In this document: piece by piece, positions 19,698 through 27,969 of the stretch
Layout: every line of letters starts with the position of its first letter
How positions within the stretch are numbered: position 1 is the stretch's first letter
NCBI GenBank assembly: GCA_938091905.1
Contig: CALKOM010000101.1
Coordinates: 1 to 38,325, forward strand
Reading direction: 5' to 3'
Origin: an uncultured Verrucomicrobiales bacterium
Lineage (GTDB): Bacteria > Verrucomicrobiota > Verrucomicrobiia > Verrucomicrobiales > DEV007
DNA length: 38,325 nt
Program-made: the position numbers and the translations under genes
Notes under the pieces: generated by a model
What the model saw: only the letters and a program-made list of their open reading frames with translations
Told to the model about the DNA's origin: nothing
Database searches by the model: none

Positions 19698-22600
19698 TCA
19701 GTTCCGCATGACGGCTTCGTCCAAGTTCAGGATCAGGTTGGCCGCCAGTGTCCAGGCCGCGAGCTCGACTTCATCTGCGCTTTTCGACGGCTTGAGGTCG
19801 CCGAAGTGGATGGCTTTCTTTGCCTCTTCGGGCGCTTCCTGGTAACGCGCGAGCTGGCCATCCACAAATTGGCTGATCATGGCGACCTCCTCAGCGTCTG
19901 CACTCCTCGCAAGGGCTCGGCGGTAGGCGAACTGAATACGCACCGGAGTGTTAGGATCGGCTGCAAGGATCTGCGCGGCGAAGGCGCGGGCCGCTTCGTA
20001 GTGCTGCACATCGTTCATTAACTGTAGGGCCTGCAACGGAGTGTTAGTCCGATCACGCCTGATGCACGACTGCTCACGATTCGGCATGTCGAAATTGTCC
20101 ATCAAGGGATGAGGCGCGGTGCGCTTAATGAACGTGTAGATCGTGCGCCGGTAGAGATCGTCGCCATGGCCACGCTTGTAGACGCGCGTGTTCGATCCAC
20201 CAAAGCCGACCGGCTCCCAGATGTTCAGCGGCTGGTAGGGATTCACGCCCTTACCACCCATCTGCAGTTTGATCAGGCCACTCACGAAGAGGGCTTGATC
20301 ACGAATCTGTTCGGCATCAAGCCGGAAACGCGGGCCGCGTGAAAGCCACCGGTTCCCTGGGTCGGCTGACCAGCTTTCGGAAGGCGCTGCGCTCTGTTGG
20401 CGGAACGTATCGCTGGTCACTAGCAGACGCATTAGTCCCTTCATATCCCATCCACTCTCGACAAACGTCACCGCCAACCAGTCGAGTAGGTCCGGATGAG
20501 TAGGCATGCTGCCCTGAGTTCCAAAGTCGTGACTGCTCTCCACCAACCCGACTCCGAACACCTGCTGCCAAAACCGGTTCACCGCAACGCGAGCGGTGAG
20601 CGGGTTTTCAGGGGAAACGATCCAGCGCGCGAGGTCGAGTCGATTCCCGCGCTCGCCTGCCTTCTTCAGTGGTGGCAAGACTGCCGGAGTGTTGGGCACG
20701 ACTAGCTCACCAGGGGAATCATACTCGCCTCGGGTCATCACAAAGGCGTCGCGAGGCTTCGGCAGGTCGCGGAAGATGAAGGACGACGGAGTAGCGTTAT
20801 CTAAGGCTTTGCGCTCTTCGTTGACCGTGACGAGCTTGGCATCGAGAGGTGCGAACGTCTCCCGAGTTCCCGCGTAGACTTTTGCTAGGTAGTGGCGCAG
20901 AAGTCCCGCGTATTCCTTCGGCAAGACATCGCGCTCTCTCTTCGGGAGCGCGTTCTTCCATGCCATGAAACTCTGTGAATGATCGGCGCTCGGATCGGTG
21001 CGCCCAATCACCCCCATCTTGTCGAAGTAGGCAGTCCCGCCGTAGACCGTAAAGGCGAATCCCTTCACCTGCGCACCCGCCGAGAGACCCACACTTGCAG
21101 CGTCAAATTCCAGCTTCACCCATTGCCCGGCAGCTGGAAGATCGCCGGCGAGGAAACGCTCGCTGGTACCCGCCTTGCCCCATTGAATGATGTCCTTGCC
21201 CCAGATCGCGCGGTGGGCCCAAACACCGGTGTTGAATTGAAGCATCACTTCCTCCGCCGGATCCTTCGGATCGTTGTAAACGTGCAGGAAGAACTTTCCG
21301 CCGACTGGCACCGCCAGTTCCTCGGCGCCTGCTTCGTAATAGATTTGCGCCATGGCGGGCCCTTTGACCTTCACCGACTTCGTGCCGCTTGCGACAGGCT
21401 TCGAGACGAACTCCTGCCGGGTCACCGAAGTTCCAACCTTCGCGCCTTGTGGGAAGGCATCTTCGAACCAAACGTGTTCTGTTTCAGTGACTAGCAGCTT
21501 CGGATCCTGCTCGGCAGGGTCCTCGTACAGGACTGCCGCTGCCAAGTCCTCAATCTCTTTCTTCACGGCGGACTCACGTTCCGCGAACGCCGCCATCTTG
21601 GCGTCATAGCCTGGACTTTTCACTTTGACCACCGGCTTGGTCAGGAGCGAATTGCCGTCCATGGCTGGATCGGCATTCGAATAGAAGAAGGCGTAGAGCG
21701 AGTAGAAGTCCTTGGTCGTGATCGGATCATATTTGTGATCATGGCAGACCGCGCACTCCGCAGTCAGCCCAAGCCAGGCTTGGGCAGTAGTGCTAGCACG
21801 CTCCACGGCATAACGAAAGATCCACTCCTTCGCAATGCTACCGCCTTCACCGGTGGTGACATTGCTGCGATTGAAGCCGGTAGCGACGAGCTGTGATTGC
21901 GTCGGCTCTGGTAGCAGGTCCCCGGCGAGTTGCTCGATGGTGAACTGGTCGAACGGCAAGTTGCGGTTAAACGACTCGACGACCCAATCGCGGAACGCGA
22001 AGGTTTGCCGCTCGTTATCGAGGTGCATGCCGTGGGTGTCGCCATAGCGTGCGACATCGAGCCAATGACGCGCCATCTCTTCCCCGAAATGTTGCGATGC
22101 GAGGTAGCGATCGACCATGCGCTCGTATGCGTTGGGCTGTTGATCTGCTAGATAAGCATCGACCTCCGCAAGTGCCGGAGGCAGGCCAGTGAGAGCCAAG
22201 CTCACACGCCGGATCAGGGTTGGGCGATCCGCTTCCTGGGAGGGCTCCAAATGGTTCGAAGGCAACGCGGACCGCACAAAGTGATCGATGCCGTCGCCCG
22301 CATGGCTTATTGGCCGCTCGAAGGCCCAGTGCTTTTGATAGGGCGCGCCCTCTTCGATCCAACGCTTGAGCAACGCCTTCTCGTCGTCATCGAGTTTCTT
22401 GTGCGACTTCGGCGGAGGCATGACCTCGTCGGGGTCGGTCGAGTTGATCAATTCCCAAACCAGGCTTGCTCCCGGGTCTCCAGGCACTATCGCGGCCACA
22501 CCATCCTGCTCGGCGTATGAGCCCTCCGCAGTATCGAGACGCAACTTGGCCTTCCGCTCGTTCTTGTCGAATCCGTGACAAGCGAAGCAGTTCTCCGAGA

Positions 22601-22706
22601 GAATCGGGCGGATATCTCGATTGAACTGCAAGGATTCGGCGACCGCGCTTGTGAAGGCGCACAGTGAGAGAAAGATCGCAATGATGTTCGAGTTCATGAT
22701 TGGCAT
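19698..22706 (-). CDS. PSCyt1 + DUF1549 + DUF1553 protein with inserted beta-sandwich domain
   Basis: [43 protein letters not shown] and TNTPLQALQLMND, with a central aromatic/beta-rich insert of about 155 aa. Confidence 0.95.
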   Translation of the reverse strand: MPIMNSNIIAIFLSLCAFTSAVAESLQFNRDIRPILSENCFACHGFDKNERKAKLRLDTAEGSYAEQDGVAAIVPGDPGASLVWELINSTDPDEVMPPPKSHKKLDDDEKALLKRWIEEGAPYQKHWAFERPISHAGDGIDHFVRSALPSNHLEPSQEADRPTLIRRVSLALTGLPPALAEVDAYLADQQPNAYERMVDRYLASQHFGEEMARHWLDVARYGDTHGMHLDNERQTFAFRDWVVESFNRNLPFDQFTIEQLAGDLLPEPTQSQLVATGFNRSNVTTGEGGSIAKEWIFRYAVERASTTAQAWLGLTAECAVCHDHKYDPITTKDFYSLYAFFYSNADPAMDGNSLLTKPVVKVKSPGYDAKMAAFAERESAVKKEIEDLAAAVLYEDPAEQDPKLLVTETEHVWFEDAFPQGAKVGTSVTRQEFVSKPVASGTKSVKVKGPAMAQIYYEAGAEELAVPVGGKFFLHVYNDPKDPAEEVMLQFNTGVWAHRAIWGKDIIQWGKAGTSERFLAGDLPAAGQWVKLEFDAASVGLSAGAQVKGFAFTVYGGTAYFDKMGVIGRTDPSADHSQSFMAWKNALPKRERDVLPKEYAGLLRHYLAKVYAGTRETFAPLDAKLVTVNEERKALDNATPSSFIFRDLPKPRDAFVMTRGEYDSPGELVVPNTPAVLPPLKKAGERGNRLDLARWIVSPENPLTARVAVNRFWQQVFGVGLVESSHDFGTQGSMPTHPDLLDWLAVTFVESGWDMKGLMRLLVTSDTFRQQSAAPSESWSADPGNRWLSRGPRFRLDAEQIRDQALFVSGLIKLQMGGKGVNPYQPLNIWEPVGFGGSNTRVYKRGHGDDLYRRTIYTFIKRTAPHPLMDNFDMPNREQSCIRRDRTNTPLQALQLMNDVQHYEAARAFAAQILAADPNTPVRIQFAYRRALARSADAEEVAMISQFVDGQLARYQEAPEEAKKAIHFGDLKPSKSADEVELAAWTLAANLILNLDEAVMRN

Positions 22707-22898
22707 AGAGGCAGTAGACCTGCAGCGACGCTATACGGAGAACTGGCGCAGGTATAGAATTTGTCGCAGGAAGCTGTCCTCAAGGGGGCAAGCCTCCCGG
22801 CGGCGTTGGGATCGCCTTGCAACAACCCGCCTTCATGTTTACAAAGGCTGAAGGTATATAGTATAGTATCGTATCGACGCCTCTCTAGAGTCGCCCAA

Positions 22899-23192
22899 AT
22901 GTCCGCCCTGGCGTTCGCAATCATGGCTGAGGCGAAAAACCCCGTCGATTTCCAACAAGAAATTCGACCGATACTCGCGGAACACTGTTTCGAGATCCAC
23001 GGCCCAGACGAACAGACAAGCGAGGCGGGGCTTCGTCTCGACCAACGCGAGGCAGCTCTCGCGAAGGGTGCGATCGGGCCGGCCAAGCCTCTCGAGAGCG
23101 AGCTCATCCAGCGCCTCACCTATCGCTTCCAGGGCCAGGATTTCCGCCTAACCGATGGGCACGGGCACGTCATGAGGCAGATCCTCGCTTGA
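22899..23192 (+). pseudogene. In-frame fusion remnant: PSCyt1 N-terminus joined to DUF1501 C-terminus
   Basis: VDFQQEIRPILAEHCFEIHGPDEQTSEAGLRLD...SELIQRL joins TYRFQGQDFRLTDGHGHVMRQILA*. The tail closely matches the end of DUF1501 at 11571 ([26 protein letters not shown]). CxxCH has decayed to CFEIH. Confidence 0.85.
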
Positions 23193-23252
23193 CGGTTGCG
23201 TGGCGACTCGGCGAAAATAAGGTAATCAATCGTTACCAAAATCAGAAAAAAG

Positions 23253-24584
23253 ATGAGTTTAAAGAATTCAGATAATTTCCTATCAAAGAGCGAAATCACT
23301 CGTCGTGAAGCCCTTATCGCTGGAGCTGCAGCGACATCGATTCTGGCCGCTGCGATTCAGGGAACCGACGCTGCGGACGTCATAGACAAGGCAGTGGGCC
23401 CGATTCTGGGACATGTCGATCACGAGACCGCCATTGTCTGGTATCGGCCGGCTTCACCTGGTGAATACCTTGCCACTCTGACGCACACGAAGACAGGAAA
23501 CGTCGTATCAGCGAAAGCTCACGCATCGCCTGATCACGACTTATGCATCCGTTGGCGGTTCGATAATCTTAAAGCCGATAGCGAATACACCTACGCCATC
23601 AGTTATCAGGGCCGAACAATCGCAGATTCAAACACGCAACAAATCAAGACCTCCCCGCCTATCAATAAACCGGCCCGAACCGTCCTTGGGATGGGATCGT
23701 GCGCTTCAAGTTCGAAGTTCTTTGACGTTTGGACTCAGATCGCGGCGAACAACATTGACGGTTTAATGTTGCTTGGTGACACGCCTTACATCGACAACCG
23801 TGAATTGTCTGTGAACCGAATGCGACACCGAGAGTTCCTCTCGATTCCGACGCTGAACGAACTGGGAGCTTCCACTCCCGTTTGGGGCACCTGGGATGAC
23901 CATGACTTCGGAGGGAACGACACCGACGGAAAAATCTCGAACAAAGAAATCATCCGTCAGGCGTTCTGTGAATATCGAGCTCAAAAGGAATTTGGCGATG
24001 GAAAGCACGGCGTTTATACGAAGTTTCGTCGAGGTCCGGTGGAAGTGTTCATGATAGACCCCCGTTACTTTTCGCAATCCGAACCAAGCCCAGTGGATCC
24101 AGAGAAACCGACGTGCCTCGGCAAAACACAATGGAATTGGCTGCGCGATGGACTCAAACAATCCACGGCTCCTTTCAAACTGCTGGCGACGGGTATGATT
24201 TGGGACGATAAGAAAAACGGCGAGAAAGATGACTGGGAGACTTACGCACATGAACGGGAAGCCCTCTTCGACTTTATCGGTCAGAACAAGATAGGAGGCG
24301 TTGTCCTCATAGGTGGTGACATCCACGTTTCACGGCACCTGAAATACCCGACAAAAGATCGCATCGGATACGACCTTCACCAGTTCATCATTAGTCCACT
24401 CCATGACAGTGTGATTCCATCGCTCAACGTTCCTCATCCGCATCTTCAATGGGGGGAGCCGCTTAAGAATATGTTCCTAACGGTTGCCGTCGATACGACT
24501 GGCGATCGACCGATTCTCGACGCGAATTGGATTGACCGAACGGGCAAGCTCCATCGAGAAGTTCGTATCGAACTCAACGGTTAG
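23253..24584 (+). CDS. phoD: Alkaline phosphatase D (PhoD) family protein, Tat signal
   Basis: TRREAL Tat motif, GPILGHV, GSC, LGDTPYID, TWDDHDFGGND, DPRY, DDWETY and GGDIH. Confidence 0.88.
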   Translation: MSLKNSDNFLSKSEITRREALIAGAAATSILAAAIQGTDAADVIDKAVGPILGHVDHETAIVWYRPASPGEYLATLTHTKTGNVVSAKAHASPDHDLCIRWRFDNLKADSEYTYAISYQGRTIADSNTQQIKTSPPINKPARTVLGMGSCASSSKFFDVWTQIAANNIDGLMLLGDTPYIDNRELSVNRMRHREFLSIPTLNELGASTPVWGTWDDHDFGGNDTDGKISNKEIIRQAFCEYRAQKEFGDGKHGVYTKFRRGPVEVFMIDPRYFSQSEPSPVDPEKPTCLGKTQWNWLRDGLKQSTAPFKLLATGMIWDDKKNGEKDDWETYAHEREALFDFIGQNKIGGVVLIGGDIHVSRHLKYPTKDRIGYDLHQFIISPLHDSVIPSLNVPHPHLQWGEPLKNMFLTVAVDTTGDRPILDANWIDRTGKLHREVRIELNG

Positions 24585-24605
24585 CGCCGGTTTCGGGTTC
24601 CGACA

Positions 24606-24870
24606 TTAAAGGTCCCATGGGAAATCGGTAAGGACTAAGCTCAATGTTACGACAGGGAACAGCGGTCTCCACACCAGTCGCGTCCCGATCAAGAAGGGAA
24701 ACAAGAGCAGAAAGAGACCTCCCATGACAAACTTCACCCCGGTGCTGTGGTTCTTTCGCAAACGAAAGTAGACCTCATTGGGCGTGCCACCAAAGGCGAG
24801 GACGAAGATGATGACCCACCGGCAGGATGAAGGCTAGGTTGTAGGAAACAAGGCAAGGGATCGGCTGCTT
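24606..24870 (-). pseudogene. C-terminal fragment of a CcdA/DsbD-like cytochrome c biogenesis membrane protein
   Basis: Reads CLVSYNLAFILP, then after a frameshift near 24819, VIIFVLAFGG...RKNHSTGVKFVMGGLFLLLFPFLI. This matches the YNLxFILPLxxxF / KHxxxVK two-TM tail of this family. Confidence 0.55.
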
Positions 24871-25069
24871 TCCTCCAAGCTGTTCAAGACGCCCCGCGAG
24901 CCTTGCCCCACCGATGACCGCACTGGCAAAGGTTCTTGCCTCAAATGTCTCATCGCACCTGTCGAGGGATTGACCGTGCCAAACCGAGCCACTAGCCTCG
25001 GTTGACAGGTTGTCCGACAACATGAAAAGTAAGACTAACAAAGCTGTGGGAGCTCTATCTCTACAATCA

Positions 25070-27865
25070 ATGACAAGGCTTATCCTCGTCTGGTTGATTC
25101 TCGGTGTTGCCGTATCGGCTAAAGCGGAGTTCCAGGCAGGCGTTGCGGCGGTTGACATCACACCCCCGAAATTACCTGTGCGAGTCAATGGGATGTTTAC
25201 TGAGCGCTTGGCAGACCGAGCGATTGATACGCTCCACGCGCGAAGCGTGGCGCTCGACGACGGAAAGACCAAGATCGTGTTCTGCGTGGTCGACACCTGC
25301 ATGATGCCGCGCGAGCTGATCGACGAGGCAAAGAAGACGGTGGAAAAGAAGACTGGGCTCTCCACTGGCCGCATGATGGTTTCCGCCACCCACACGCACA
25401 GTGCGCCCGCAGCCATGAGTTGCCTGGGAAGCCGAATGGATCCGGACTATGTGAAATGGCTGCCCGGTAAATTGGCGGAAAGTATGAGCGAGGCGCTAGG
25501 TAACTTGCAACCCGCCCGTATCGGCTGGGCATCCATCGACGATTGGGAGCACACCCACAACCGGCGTTGGATCTTTCGGCTGGACCGCACCCTAACAGAT
25601 CCCTTTGGCGACCAGACCATGCATGCGAACATGCACCCGGGACACCTCAGCGGGAATGTGATCGGTCCATCCGGCCCCGTGGATCCAGAGTTGAGTCTGT
25701 TTGCCGTGCAAACGAAGAAGGGCAAACCACTCGCCTTGTTCGCCAACTATTCACAGCATTACTACGGCTCGGGCCTGCTGTCCGCAGATTACTTCGGAGC
25801 CTTCTGCCGGCACGTGGCCAAGCGCTTGGAGCAGCCGTCCAGCGAGGGGCCATTCGTGGCGATGATGTCGCAAGGCACCAGTGGCGACCTGATGTGGATG
25901 GACTACGGCGCGGAGCGAAAGAACTGGTCGACAAACCAGTACGCGGAAGAAGTGGCGGACTACGCCATGCGCGCTTACGAACAACTCAAGTGGAACGATC
26001 ACGTGCTGTTGGAGATGGTGGAGAAAAAGCTACTCCTCGACTGGCGCCGTCCTGACACAGACCGACTGGAATGGGCCCAGGCGCGAATGGAAGCTCTCAA
26101 CGGCGAGTTGCCGCGTTCGCAGCAGGACATCTATGCGATGGAAGCTGCCATCCTGCACGAGAAGCCTAAAGCAGAACTCAAACTGCAGGCCATACGCATA
26201 GGCGGACTCGGCATCGCGACCTTACCTAACGAGGTCTACGCGATCACCGGTCTGAAATTGAAGGCGCATTCGCCCTTCGAAAGTCATTTCAATATCGAGC
26301 TGGCCAACGGCTCCGAAGGCTACATCCCGCCTCCGGAACAACACCCGCTCGGCGGCTACACGACTTGGCCCGCGCGTACCGCTGGACTTGAAATCAGGGC
26401 GGAACCGCAGATCGTGGATAAACTTCTGCTAGGACTAGAAGAGGTCGCAGGAAAGAAACGGAATCCATTCTTCGTGACGAGCGCTGCTTACAAGGATGCG
26501 GGGGTTCTAGCACATTGGCCATTGGATGACCTCGGCGGTGAAACGGCGAGCCCCAATCATGGACTGACACACACACCACTTCGTATCGTTGGAAAGGTTG
26601 CCCGCTACCTGCCCGGAGTTGGGAGTGGTTCGGGCTCTGATCGTGAGGAAGCCTTGACCGCCTCGCCGCTCGCAGCCGATGGAGAGATCAACCGCTCCAT
26701 GCATCTCGTGGATGGCTACCTCGAGACCGACCTCGATCTCCCGGCCGAATTCACCGTCGCATTGTGGTACTGGCTAGGCGAACACAGCGGGGCGTCCATG
26801 CGCGAGGGCAACCTAATACGACTACCGTCAGGACAGACTCTAACAGTTCGCCAGGATATAGATCACCGGTGCCGGTTGTTCCTCGGTGACCAGGAAGGCA
26901 CCTCTCATCGACGCGCGGATGAATGGAATCTTGTCGTGTTAGTGCAGGAGACGAACCGGACGCACGTTTATCTCAATGGTAGGACCCAACCCGGCCTGGG
27001 AATCGAGACCGGGAACGCAAAGCCGGTGCCTGTCCGATTCGGTGAGGGACTCGAAGGCAAGCTAGATGAGATCGCCTTGTGGAATCGCGCCCTGGATGCG
27101 GCCGATCAGCAATCGCTCTGGAGGAATTCCGGCATGGCCGAAAGGCGGGCCAAGCAGGCAGCAACGCGCAGGCGGGCGGAGCAAGAAGCCGAGGAACGGG
27201 CCAATCCCCCGGAGTGGCCTGCCGAGTACGATGCCGTGATCACAGACATGGTGCCCGTGCGTCACGATCCACTCGCCACGAAACCTGAGGGCATGGCAGC
27301 CGAACAGTCTGTTCGTTTTTCGCCGGGTGCCCGTGCCATCTTCGAGGCGGGTCGGATTCGCGGAAAGGCTGAATCCCTGGGTGCTGCCTACTCCGTGTCC
27401 TTCTGGTTCCGCAACGACCTCCCGAACCGTGCCCGACCCGTCACCGCATACGTCTTTTCGCGTGGCCCGAACGCCAACAAGCAGGCACCAGGCGACCACC
27501 TGGGGATCGGGGGACACTACGGGGCCAGCTATCCTGGGAAACTCCTCGTGTTCAACGGCAACGAAGCGGACGAGGTGTTGATCGGGAAGACGCTGATTCC
27601 GCCGGGCACCTGGAACCACGTGGTATTCGTCCGCGACAAGGAACGCGCGCGGGCCTGGTTGAATGGCAAACTGGAGATCGACGGAAAGATGGTGCCGACG
27701 ACAAGCGGTTCAAAAGAAATCTATCTCGGTGCCCGCAGTGATTTCTTCGCCCCGCTTAAAGGTTACCTGGCCGAGTTCGCACTGTTCGACCGCGCGCTTA
27801 CCGCTCGGGACATTCGAGACATCCACGCAGCCACCCAATCTAGTGAGGGTGAGAACTCCCGTTGA
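25070..27865 (+). CDS. Secreted neutral/alkaline ceramidase-like hydrolase with two C-terminal LamG-like domains
   Basis: AGVAAVDITP, VSATHTHSAP, NRRW, GPVDPEL, NYSQHY, GTSGD, PNEVY and ELANGSEGYIPP; then LEGKLDEIALWNRAL and WNHVVFVR...LKGYLAEFALFDRAL. Start could be 25010, 25022 or 25070. Confidence 0.85.
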   Translation: MTRLILVWLILGVAVSAKAEFQAGVAAVDITPPKLPVRVNGMFTERLADRAIDTLHARSVALDDGKTKIVFCVVDTCMMPRELIDEAKKTVEKKTGLSTGRMMVSATHTHSAPAAMSCLGSRMDPDYVKWLPGKLAESMSEALGNLQPARIGWASIDDWEHTHNRRWIFRLDRTLTDPFGDQTMHANMHPGHLSGNVIGPSGPVDPELSLFAVQTKKGKPLALFANYSQHYYGSGLLSADYFGAFCRHVAKRLEQPSSEGPFVAMMSQGTSGDLMWMDYGAERKNWSTNQYAEEVADYAMRAYEQLKWNDHVLLEMVEKKLLLDWRRPDTDRLEWAQARMEALNGELPRSQQDIYAMEAAILHEKPKAELKLQAIRIGGLGIATLPNEVYAITGLKLKAHSPFESHFNIELANGSEGYIPPPEQHPLGGYTTWPARTAGLEIRAEPQIVDKLLLGLEEVAGKKRNPFFVTSAAYKDAGVLAHWPLDDLGGETASPNHGLTHTPLRIVGKVARYLPGVGSGSGSDREEALTASPLAADGEINRSMHLVDGYLETDLDLPAEFTVALWYWLGEHSGASMREGNLIRLPSGQTLTVRQDIDHRCRLFLGDQEGTSHRRADEWNLVVLVQETNRTHVYLNGRTQPGLGIETGNAKPVPVRFGEGLEGKLDEIALWNRALDAADQQSLWRNSGMAERRAKQAATRRRAEQEAEERANPPEWPAEYDAVITDMVPVRHDPLATKPEGMAAEQSVRFSPGARAIFEAGRIRGKAESLGAAYSVSFWFRNDLPNRARPVTAYVFSRGPNANKQAPGDHLGIGGHYGASYPGKLLVFNGNEADEVLIGKTLIPPGTWNHVVFVRDKERARAWLNGKLEIDGKMVPTTSGSKEIYLGARSDFFAPLKGYLAEFALFDRALTARDIRDIHAATQSSEGENSR

Positions 27866-27881
27866 GAAATTCGCGTAGACC

Positions 27882-27946
27882 GTAGTTCATCATTGAACCA
27901 CTCGCCCATTGTACAACGGTAGAACCGTCTGCCAAATCCGTTCCAC
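27882..27946. repeat. Two short GTAG...CCAC imperfect palindromes (degenerate REP-like or terminator)
   Basis: GTAGTTCA-tcat-TGAACCAC (27882-27901) and GTAGAACCGTCTGCCAAATCCGTTCCAC (27919-27946), between convergent genes. Confidence 0.35.
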
Positions 27947-27969
27947 AGGCTATTACAAGTTGACCACCA

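Noticed and set aside
22854..22875. GTATA/GTATC short tandem repeat in the divergent region
   Set aside because: Only four imperfect pentamers, too short to call an operator or contingency locus.
24982..25003. AACCGAG-N8-CTCGGTT hairpin upstream of the ceramidase-like gene as a riboswitch or IS end
   Set aside because: Only a 7-bp stem, with no recognisable riboswitch consensus or partner end.
24775..25416. 213-aa - strand ORF as a real gene
   Set aside because: Most of it is antisense to the ceramidase-like gene. Only its last part overlaps the CcdA-like remnant.
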